From Phoronis australis (Eukaryota > Animalia > Phoronida): a DNA stretch of 64,000 nt. Location: NCBI GenBank assembly GCA_002633005.1, contig NMRA01000045.1:1247812-1311811 (forward strand), written 5' to 3'. Below the pieces are notes generated by a model. That model was not told the DNA's origin and made no database searches. It saw nothing but the letters and a program-made list of their open reading frames with translations. The position numbers and the translations under genes were made by a program. Numbering within the stretch: position 1 is the stretch's first letter; every line of letters begins with the position of its first letter. This document shows, piece by piece, positions 50,001 to 59,665 of this stretch.

Positions 50001-51477
50001 CTAGCAATCATCTATGTGGTCATTGTTTTTAACACTGTTTTGCTAGCATGTGGTGATTTTAGAAATATTCTGTTTTTTACATGGGTACACAGTTAGAATC
50101 AATGGGTGCCTAAAATAAGTGGTGACTACCTTACTTTTAACAGGTATTTCAATAACTATCAATGCTGGACATTGTAGGACTGCCATTTGAGTTCAGACTG
50201 AGGTATAGTAAAAGATCTAGCGGTTATTTAACGTTAATATTATAGGGACGTTTGGTTGGTGGTGGTAGTGGCAGGCGGTCTGGCCAGAGAGACCGGGATC
50301 CTAAGCACGATAAAGTAACCATTGATGAGAAAGAAGATCCGAAGCTTCACCATGTGGAGAGCGACTGGAAACCTGGACGCTTAAGGACGACTGTAGACAA
50401 CCTAGAAAACCATAAAACTGAGGTAATTGATTTTGGGCTTTGGGCGTCAATGGTGATGATGTTGCGCCTTGTAGCTTGCGTTAGGGCACGTGCAGTGACT
50501 CCAGCACACCGTCCAATTTACTGCAGACAAGCTCATCTAACACGAAGTGGGCGTAAATAACGAATAATACATACACCCATAAACAATAAACTCTTAGCAG
50601 TGAATAGCTTGTTGTACATGTATATTGGCACTCTTGGTTGAAATTGCGCGCCCACGGGGCTACGGAGTATTGATGTAGGCAACGGAACTCTGCCAAGAGT
50701 GTTCTGGTCTAACTGTGGATATGGTCAGTTATTTTGCTAATGAATATTTGGTAATTATATACTTCAAGTTGACAAAGAAATTGTTACATCTCTTGTGCCT
50801 TCTAGAGTGTCAAGTCCATGATGGAAGCCGAGTTCAGTTCAAACAGTGATGTTTGCATGGAAGACGTCATTCAGCAGCTCCACGTACTTATTGTTCGAGA
50901 TAACCTGAAGAACACAGATATCTTTGATTGGATAAAGGTTGTCTTCTCTCGCTAGCTTGACCGTAACTTTATGTCCTGTTTGTTTAATCAAAATCAGTCA
51001 TTTGTATGTTGTGATACAAAATGTACAAAATTTGATTGTCTTTGTCATTAATTTGAAGTGTTTCTTTTCAAGATCACAGAATTCAAATGAGTCTACCAGT
51101 GTTAGCAGTTACTGCAGAAAAAGGAAGGTTCTACTACCTGTGTTAAATTTTGACTTATCTGTGAATATAAACATTAAAAGTGAAACAATTGACTTGATGT
51201 CATGATTTAAGTTTCTTTATGCTGTTCTCAGTTGCCCTAATTCAGACTTCATTTCAATAGGCTAATCTATCCTTATCGCGAGCTGGAGACCCTCAATTCA
51301 TACGGGCCCTAATGACGTCGATTTGCTCCAGTGCCATCGTCGGTAAGTGATTATCTCATCAACATTCTTTTTGTTGTTGTTGCTGTTGCTGCTGCTGCTA
51401 CTGCTTTTGCTGCTGTTGTTGTTGCTGCTGCTATTGCTGCTGCTATTGCTGCTGCTAGTGCTGTTGCTGCTGCTGCT

Positions 51478-51545
<68 letters not shown>

Positions 51546-54500
51546 TGCTGTGGCTGCTGCTCTTGCTGCTGCTTTGCTGCTGTTGTTGTTGCTGTTGCGG
51601 CTGCTACTGCTGTTGCTGCTGCTGCTGNGCTGCTGTGGCTGCTGCTGCTATTGCTGTTGCTGCAGCTGCTGTTGCTGTTGCTGCTGTTGCTGCTGTGGCT
51701 GCTGCTGATGCTGTTGTGGCTGCTGCTGTTGTTGCTGCTGCTATTGCTGTTGCTTGCGTTGCGTTGCTGTTGTTGCTGCTGCTGTTGCTCTTTTTTGTAA
51801 TAAATTCTTCAGTTTCCAAGGTACCTAGGTGAAAATTTCAAGGTCGAATTTCATCGCTAATTGACTGTTTTATAATTGTCTCAAAAACGGTTTCTGAACA
51901 TATAGATTGGTGTTCAAAATCTTCTTTATTCTCTTATTCCGGAGAAATAAAAACAACAATATTATGTATTTATACATGTTTATTGAAAAAAGATTTAGTC
52001 AATTGGTTTTGGCAATACATTGGCTAATAGAACTACAAATGGTAGTTTGCTGATACCATCAGCTAGTGGATATGGGCAGCGTTAAAGGCGAAGGCAACCT
52101 TTTTCCATGTCATTTTGAGCTAAAATAAGGTTGGTTGGTTATCCTAGACATATTTTTCACTTAAATACAGCTTTTCGTAATTTTATTAATTACTCGTCCG
52201 CTTTTCCGGAAGTGACGTTTTAGGAGGCAAGCGCTTCCCGCCANNNNNNNNNNNNNNNNNNNNNNNNNNNNNNNNNNNNNNNNNNNNNNNNNNNNNNNNN
52301 NNNNNNNNNNNNNNNNNNNNNNNNNNNNNNNNNNNNNNNNNNNNNNNNNNNNNNNNNNNNNNNNNNNNNNNNNNNNNNNNNNNNNNNNNNNNNNNNNNNN
52401 NNNNNNNNNNNNNNNNNNNNNNNNNNNNNNNNNNNNNNNNNNNNNNNNNNNNNNNNNNNNNNNNNNNNNNNNNNNNNNNNNNNNNNNNNNNNNNNNNNNN
52501 NNNNNNNNNNNNNNNNNNNNNNNNNNNNNNNNNNNNNNNNNNNNNNNNNNNNNNNNNNNNNNNNNNNNNNNNNNNNNNNNNNNNNNNNNNNNNNNNNNNN
52601 NNNNNNNNNNNNNNNNNNNNNNNNNNNNNNNNNNNNNNNNNNNNNNNNNNNNNNNNNNNNNNNNNNNNNNNNNNNNNNNNNNNNNNNNNNNNNNNNNNNN
52701 NNNNNNNNNNNNNNNNNNNNNNNNNNNNNNNNNNNNNNNNNNNNNNNNNNNNNNNNNNNNNNNNNNNNNNNNNNNNNNNNNNNNNNNNNNNNNNNNNNNN
52801 NNNNNNNNNNNNNNNNNNNNNNNNNNNNNNNNNNNNNNNNNNNNNNNNNNNNNNNNNNNNNNNNNNNNNNNNNNNNNNNNNNNNNNNNNNNNNNNNNNNN
52901 NNNNNNNNNNNNNNNNNNNNNNNNNNNNNNNNNNNNNNNNNNNNNNNNNNNNNNNNNNNNNNNNNNNNNNNNNNNNNNNNNNNNNNNNNNNCATCCATCG
53001 GAAAGCGATGCAAAGGCACTCCCAAAGCGCGCGTGAGCCGATAATTACTACATCCCGGTACGCAGCAACAGTGTGGCATGTTGACTGACTAGTAAATGAA
53101 AGCGAACGACGACGGAACTTAACACAACCGAGGTAGAACAATGACAGACTCGGCAGCTCTCACAGTCAGACTATGTGAAAAGAAATTGGCGGGAAGCGCT
53201 TGCCTCCTAAAACGTCACTTCCGGAAAAGCGGACGAATAATAAATAAAATTACGAAAAGCTGTAATTAAGTGAGAAATATGTCTAGGATAACCAACCAAC
53301 CTTATTTTAGCTCAAAATGACACGGAAAAAGGTTGCCTTCGCCTTTAAATATACCAAGTGGGCATAAAAGCCAAATGGGCCCCGTGAACAGATCATAAAC
53401 CATCTGGGTATACCAAGTTCAACGCCAGATGAGTGACAAACCGGGAATATAATATAGACTGAAATGCCAACTGGGCAAAATGATCACTAACATATCTGGT
53501 GCTTTAAAAAAAGATTAAAGTAATATAAAAACACCAGATGGGTATGCTGAGAATACTTGAAATGTATAATTACTATAAATGTCATTTCGACATAACTAAA
53601 TTACGGCAGCTTGGGTGATCAGTCCTGCTTTAATGTCCTAACTGGGGGTAAATGTACAGCGCAATGAGTGTTGTGACTCTAGCCTATTGTTATACTATAC
53701 TTTATTGCATTCGAGGCCAGTGCCCGGTTGCATGAAACAGTCCCGAATAAGGACTCAAGTAAGTTACCTAAATCCACTGTGTATTTGTGGACTTGTGAAA
53801 ACACTGATTGTCCTTTCTTATGCTGTTTTAGTTTCATTACAAAGTCAGTTTTTGGCTTTGATACGAATCGAGAGTGAACTCGACGTTGAATATTCAATAT
53901 TAACAAAAATAAATAGGAATCTTTTTATGCAAGGCCCCTAACTTAAGGACTAAGTCCCTATTTATTTTCATTCAATCCAGGCAGGGTAGAGTTTTTAATT
54001 ATAATATATTTAAAAAATGTCATTAGTCCAAAAGGAGCTCATGATAAAGATGAAATGACAGAAAAAGGTTACTTCTGTGTGTAAAGAACGACAAATAGGC
54101 AAAAGATTAAGGGAACTTAGTTGCGTCTCTATTTGGGACTGTTTCATGCAACCCGGCACTGAGGCTCATAGTACAGTAACAAACATGTGTAAGCACAGTT
54201 AAATACAAAACATAAAGTTAAACAATTTTCCTTTAGGCACTGTTGCTAAATATTAGAAGGGCAATTCCGTGAAAAGGTCAACCTCGAGACAAAGAATTAA
54301 AATTGTGGCTACACTAACATTTCTGGTCTCATCTGAAAGCCCATTCTCTGTATTTTCTGGACCCATATCTGACTGTCCTATAACTTTGTATTTTTTGCCT
54401 AAATGGACCCATTTTTGGAGGTAACTTGACCCTAAAAATTACCTTGATTTTCATGTGTGTTGCTAATTATTGTCATAAAAAGCTAATTATTGGTATTTCA

Positions 54501-57500
54501 CTATACTATTAAATTTGTACAATCACATGAGCCCCAAAATTTTTAAAAAGTAACATTTCAAATTTGGCACATCATCGACCTCTTGGGGTCAAAGGTCAAC
54601 TCCTGGATATCATGGTGCCGTACTTCCATCACAAAAAAGTGCTAAAAAGTTTAGTTACGTTAAAAGTTTTTAATCAAAATTAAAATAATTTCATATTCTC
54701 TTTTAACTTCTTACTAAATACTATTGACCAAAATTTTAGATCCCAGTGATAATTCGTTAAGTTAGAAATTGCGTGACAGACGTACAGCAAATTTGTACGT
54801 CCATCACGTAGGTCCATCACACCCATGAAATAACAATTTTTCAGCAAATAAAAGTAACCTCAGTTCATATATTTTCTTTCTAAACTTGCAGAAGATAAAA
54901 TATATCACACACTTAAAACAATAAAATTATACAAAGGCAGCTTTAAAATTATGTGAATAAGTTGCTAAAGATTTAAAATAAATGTGTTGGATTTTTTCAA
55001 TTTCAAAACTATTTGCAGAAAGTTATAGTTTACAATGTCATCTAGTAAATCTCAATAGAATTCTACTTATTAAAATCAGGCAGTTGGCCCACATTATAAA
55101 ATGTAAATCAAACAAAATGCTAATTTGATTAACTTATTGTTTATCTGTTCTTACCCCGTGTTTGTAAAAAATGCTTAACTTTTGGGAAATTCAAGATGCA
55201 AAATCCTTATACAAAAGAATTCCCAAGGTGCTCTAGAGTATAAATATGAAAAGACCTAAAGGAATACATTGTCAAGTTGCTATTGCGCTGGAATCAACAT
55301 GTTATTTCTGGTCTGACCTGCTTTGCTGTGTTGGGTGTTGAAAAAGCCTATACTGGGCATTTTTAAGCGGTAGGAACCTTTCACCTACTTTATTGGGCAT
55401 TTTTGTCACAGCCTCACTGATTGTAGTCACCCCTTTTGTGTTTTTAAGTGTATTGGGTTGGTGGCTTCTATGAAATGATTCAAAGCAAATGATTACATTG
55501 TCTCATCTTACGTATTTTTAATCCCTCAATCTTTTTAAAAATTAGACTATTTTTTCTGCTGAGCTTCCAGGATATTAAATGGGAGTTAGAAACGATGAGA
55601 GGAAATTGTTGGAGATCACCAATAGAACAGATGCAACTGGGAGAAGAATAAATACCTGCCCGAATGTTCTTTGAAACTTGAAAAAAATGTCACCGTGTAT
55701 CAAGAAATTCATAATTGTAATTGTGTGTACTTTGATGTGACATTATTTAAAGCAGCCTCTCCTTAAATTTGAAAATAAGGCACGAGTTAAAGAGCTGGAT
55801 TAAAACCTAGTCATGCTGATCACTAAATGGAAACCAACATCTGATAAGTTAGTTCTACATATTCCTAAATCATAATCCTAAATGCAGTTAATTTAAAAAT
55901 GTCTTGTTTTCACAGACAGCCCAGGTGATCTTTATCAAAATATGTTTGCCAAAAGTCGATGTTGTTTACTAAACCATTCTTCACACTTTTCTTTAAGAAG
56001 ATACTGAAGTCTTGTTACTAATACTTTTTAAAAAAACATGATTATTACTTACATGGTATGCATCAGAACCATCAACGGCATGGTCCAGAGAATAATTTTA
56101 TGCAAGCTTAGGGCGAGTTCTAATTTAAAAAACAATTAATTAAAATGTGTTTTATGACAGTGGTTAGTAGTGTTTTAAAACTTTACTTCAGATTTTATAT
56201 TTTGACAGTCACATTTACTTATTGGTTTCCAATTAGTATTTTATTTAACACATAAAAACAGGTTTTCCTGATAATTAGTATCTGTCAAATACAAAATGAT
56301 TATCACTCTCATTTCCACATATACGGCTTAACATCTTCAAAGGGAAGTGAAGATTTTAGGTGGTTGTTTTATATCTTCAATTAAATGTGTTGAAAAGTTA
56401 AAATCCTAGCGTATATTCCTAGCATAGGCCTACCTGTGATGATTTCCAAAGAAAGGTCAATCGGTACATTTTATTTAAAAACATTGAATTAGTAGCAAAA
56501 GACCAATGTAGCTTTAGTGCTTCAAAAGTTTGAATAATTTTTTAAGTTGTTATCTTAGTCACAACAAACAATTTAATACTAGAAATTTAGACGGTACGTC
56601 CATCACGTACGCCCGTCACACTAACTGAGCTTCTATCGAGCTGTCTCAGAAAATTTTCTTGAAAGATATCATAAAAAATTAGTGTGTTGTACTTAGCAAA
56701 CATTCCACTATATCATCATACAAAACAAAAAATTGTAACTTAATGCAACTCACAGAAAATTTAGGTTAAAAATTTTTTTTCAAAAAATTCAATTTCTCTG
56801 CGTACGTCCGTCACACCCCTTTAAAGGCAATTTTCTCAGTCAAATTAAAATATAGGGGAAAAGTTGAAAGATATAAGTGAGAACTATCAAGTGATGTATT
56901 AATTATTTTCCTAGGATGAACATTTTTTATCAATTAATCAAAATGTTCTATGATTGTACGTCCATCACAAATGGAATTGCCCAGAACTTTACAGATCAAT
57001 TTGTGGTTTTCATGAATGTCACCTGTTATGGTGGTTAGGGAACTATTCATTACGACCAGGTCAATATTTTGCATTATGAACCTAGTCCTTTCTTTCAGAT
57101 GATAATAAATGCTGAGTTCTTATACTAAGATAACTTTCAACGTTGATTCTGCTGCTGTTATTGTAGACTAGTGTCCATTTATCATTCTCAGACAGAGCCC
57201 TGTTTACTTGCATTTCCCACTCTTCTCCTTAGTTGAAGGAACTCGAAGGAAAGCGGATCCCAAAGTAATCAGTAACAGATCCATTCTGCTGCAGTACTTC
57301 TTAGGCCACAATGCAAAGCTAGAATTACAAGCCCTGTACGGACTACAGGCCCTGGTGCACAAACTGCAACACCCCCCAGGTATGCCGATTTTATTTGATA
57401 CAACACACTGTTGGATGAAAGTATAAGTTTTGCTCTGCATATGGTATGCTGATTCATTCTCTATCCTTACCTGTAACGACTATAGGGCTATATAGAAGGC

Positions 57501-58872
57501 ATACACTGCGATCTATCTAATTCCGTTTTGGATCTAACAATTCGATTTGACTATTAAGATCCAATGTAAACTTACAGTAGGCTCACTTATGCTTCACGCT
57601 GACTGCTCAAGTGCAGCAGGCAACAAGTACATGTCCAGTCTGACAGGCAGTGGTCAATTTGGTGACTGGTGATAGACTGATGCATCTATAACCTAACTTA
57701 TGACTAAATTATAGTTACTTGGCGAAATAAATTTCGCCAAGTATGTTGGTCTTCCATCAAGTTTTTTTTTCACATAACATGTACTTCCGGAAGTACTGGA
57801 AGCCTATTGTTTTTCGTCATAATCGAATCCAAGATGGCGCTGTGGCGGCCATTTTGTTTTCATTTTAAGATTCAAAGGCTTCTGGAGGCTACAATTTTTT
57901 ACGTACAGAACTGAAAATCAGCACAATTAATGGATTGGATGTGCACTACATGTATGCTGGAAATTGTTTACTTTCGTTCAAAGATGGCGGAAATATTGGC
58001 ACTCGCGCATGCGCACCTCGATTTCGGGAAAAAAACGTTTTCTCCTGTAGAGGACGCATTATAGGGCAAATTCCTTCGACTTTTTTCAGATATTAGTTTT
58101 TATGACATGCTATAATACAAAGCCAAAAAACCGGAAGTTGCTTTCAAGATGGCGGATCTGGCGCATGTTGATCTATTTTCAGTCTTTATGAGGTGCCATT
58201 TCAACGGGAGGAGGAAATGACGTGAATTTTTGCATGTGGATTCTCTAAGGTATACTCTTTCAAATTAACAATTTTTTCTCAGACTTACCGTTTTCGAGTT
58301 ATTTGACTTTAAATTTCTTTAAAAAATGCAAAATTCCATTTTTTCGAAAAATTTACGGAATTGTGTGATACTAGCAATTTAGATAGAATTTTGAACGGGC
58401 TTTCGCCAAGTGTCGCTCAAGACTGTAGCCTATTTCTTAGTGATTTCTGACCTCTACGTTCGTCATATGATTGATATCATAACTTGCATTGTCCATCATC
58501 GACACCATTGTCGTCATAGCTGTCATCATCGTCATCATCTCTGTCGTCGTTTTTTCTGGTCATCCCCAACGTGGTTTTTTGGTTAATTTCGCCAATTTTC
58601 GCTCCCCGGAGCGCTTTCATTCATTTGTTGTGTATCTGTCTTGTTCATCTCACCATCAATGTCTATTTGATCCAGGATTGTTGCGAGTGTTATTCGAATC
58701 ACTATACGATGAGGACATTATATCGGAAAACGCTTTCAAACAGTGGGAACATAGTAAAGACCCGGATGAACAGGAAGGGAAAGGCACAGCGTGCAGATCT
58801 GTTGAACAGTTCTTCACGTGGTTAAACGAGGCCGACCCAGAACCTGATGGTGGCGGCGCTGCAACTAGTTGA
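46637..58872 (+). CDS. Predicted chimera 2: RING-eIF4E-binding-W2 fusion, 8 exons, ~441 aa
   Basis: 46637-47003, 49329-49462, 49745-49834, 50246-50422, 50806-50937, 51261-51342, 57233-57379 and 58676-58872 total 1326 nt; all GT-AG, phases compatible, no internal stop. Confidence 0.78.
47058..47100. repeat. (GT)n microsatellite
   Basis: Direct reading. Confidence 0.95.
47232..47337. repeat. 31-bp tandem repeat, ~3.4 copies
   Basis: GTGGATTCG[C/A]CCACGTCATTTGTGTTTTATG units. Confidence 0.9.
49329..49462 (+). CDS. Duplicated eIF4E-binding exon
   Basis: ESRSPVDHENKKSYDREFLLSLQF...; 134 nt like 2142-2275; phase 1-0. Confidence 0.87.
49745..49834 (+). CDS. Duplicated eIF4G exon (paralog of 2516-2605)
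   Basis: PITARNEAD...VDFRPGYVRSLQ; 90 nt. Confidence 0.83.
50246..50422 (+). CDS. Duplicated eIF4G linker exon (paralog of 2877-3056)
   Basis: 177 nt, in-frame indels only. Confidence 0.83.
50806..50937 (+). CDS. Duplicated eIF4G exon (paralog of 15453-15584)
   Basis: SVKSMMEAEF...NTDIFDWIK; 132 nt. Confidence 0.82.
51261..51342 (+). CDS. Duplicated W2 exon (paralog of 15930-16011)
   Basis: [22 protein letters not shown]; 82 nt. Confidence 0.83.
51372..51790. repeat. (GCT/GTT)n trinucleotide tract, intronic
   Basis: ~420 bp imperfect triplet array; explains the poly-A/L/C ORFs. Confidence 0.95.
52086..53344 (-). mobile_element. Kolobok-like DNA transposon with THAP-domain remnant (spans the gap)
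   Basis: TTAA TSD, AGG termini, ~158-bp near-perfect TIRs (52086-52243 / 53187-53344); MPHCCCVPGCSNY...LHRFP (THAP start) at 53079(-). Confidence 0.8.
52244..52991. other. Assembly gap (N run)
   Basis: Run of N. Confidence 0.99.
53718..54161. mobile_element. PIF/Harbinger-like MITE
   Basis: 27-bp TIR CAGTGCCCGGTTGCATGAAACAGTCCC and near-exact reverse complement. Confidence 0.72.
54259..56982. mobile_element. Non-autonomous DNA transposon (Sola2-like)
   Basis: 10-bp TIR GGGCAATTCC/GGAATTGCCC, 4-bp TSD AGAA, internal GTACGTCCRTCAC repeats. Confidence 0.68.
57233..57379 (+). CDS. Duplicated W2 exon (paralog of 16433-16579)
   Basis: [20 protein letters not shown]; 147 nt. Confidence 0.86.
58676..58872 (+). 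CDS. Duplicated terminal W2 exon (paralog of 17081-17274)
   Basis: [12 protein letters not shown]...FFTWLNEAD...AATS*. Confidence 0.88.
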
Positions 58873-59031
58873 CGTCGACGAGGTGACGTCAAAATGAACG
58901 TTCCCACAACTTGATGGTCTTTTACAGCAAGATGCAGAGAACGAGATTTAAAGTAGTTGCAGTTTTTGAAACCATTCAGCCTAGAGTGCTCCCAGAAGAT
59001 ATACATCAAAATTTGTTGTTTTTGATAAAAC

Positions 59032-59665
59032 TACAGTTATCGATAAATACAAAAGTTATATAATATGTTGAACTGTAGAGGTGGGTGACAATCTGCCAAG
59101 GTACAATGCAGCAATGAAGGCATACACAAGTGTTGAACGAGGAAGATAAGTAAAAATATGCGGAAGCAAAACAGTAATACCAGGACAGCGACATGGGAAA
59201 ATTTAGTGTAAACATGGAAGTAAGGAAAATTGGTTTGAGGGAGGGAGGGAAAGAAAAAATGAGTGAAAACTCGAAAATTGGAGAGGATTACGAACAATGG
59301 TCCGGTGTTGCGACAAGACAGAGATCACGTGGTACAATTAAACCAATAATCGTAAAACAAAGGGGGTCACTGACCCGAGAATCCAAAGAATATGACAATG
59401 AGGACGAAGCAGTGTAGCTTACATAAAATAATTTAATACTTAAATAATATTTTTAGTCGCTAACTGCGAAGCGATACCGAAGCTAGTTTACAGTGAAACA
59501 ACACATGTAGGTGAGATAAAAGGTAATATATATTATGACAAACTAAAATACTACAGATATCATCGATGAATACAAAAGTTATATAATATGTTGAACTGTA
59601 AAGGTGGATGACAAACATCCTTCTGCTGCATCTGTGGCTTCGGTATCGCTTCGCAGTTAGCGCAT
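59032..59665. mobile_element. Insertion in the chimera 2 3'UTR
   Basis: Absent from the parental UTR; 7-bp TSD ATAAAAC (59025-59031 / 59666-59672); contains a ~53-bp direct repeat and a 25-bp inverted repeat. Confidence 0.65.

Noticed and set aside
51331-51832. Poly-Ala/Leu/Cys/Gln ORFs
   Set aside because: Translation of an intronic trinucleotide microsatellite.
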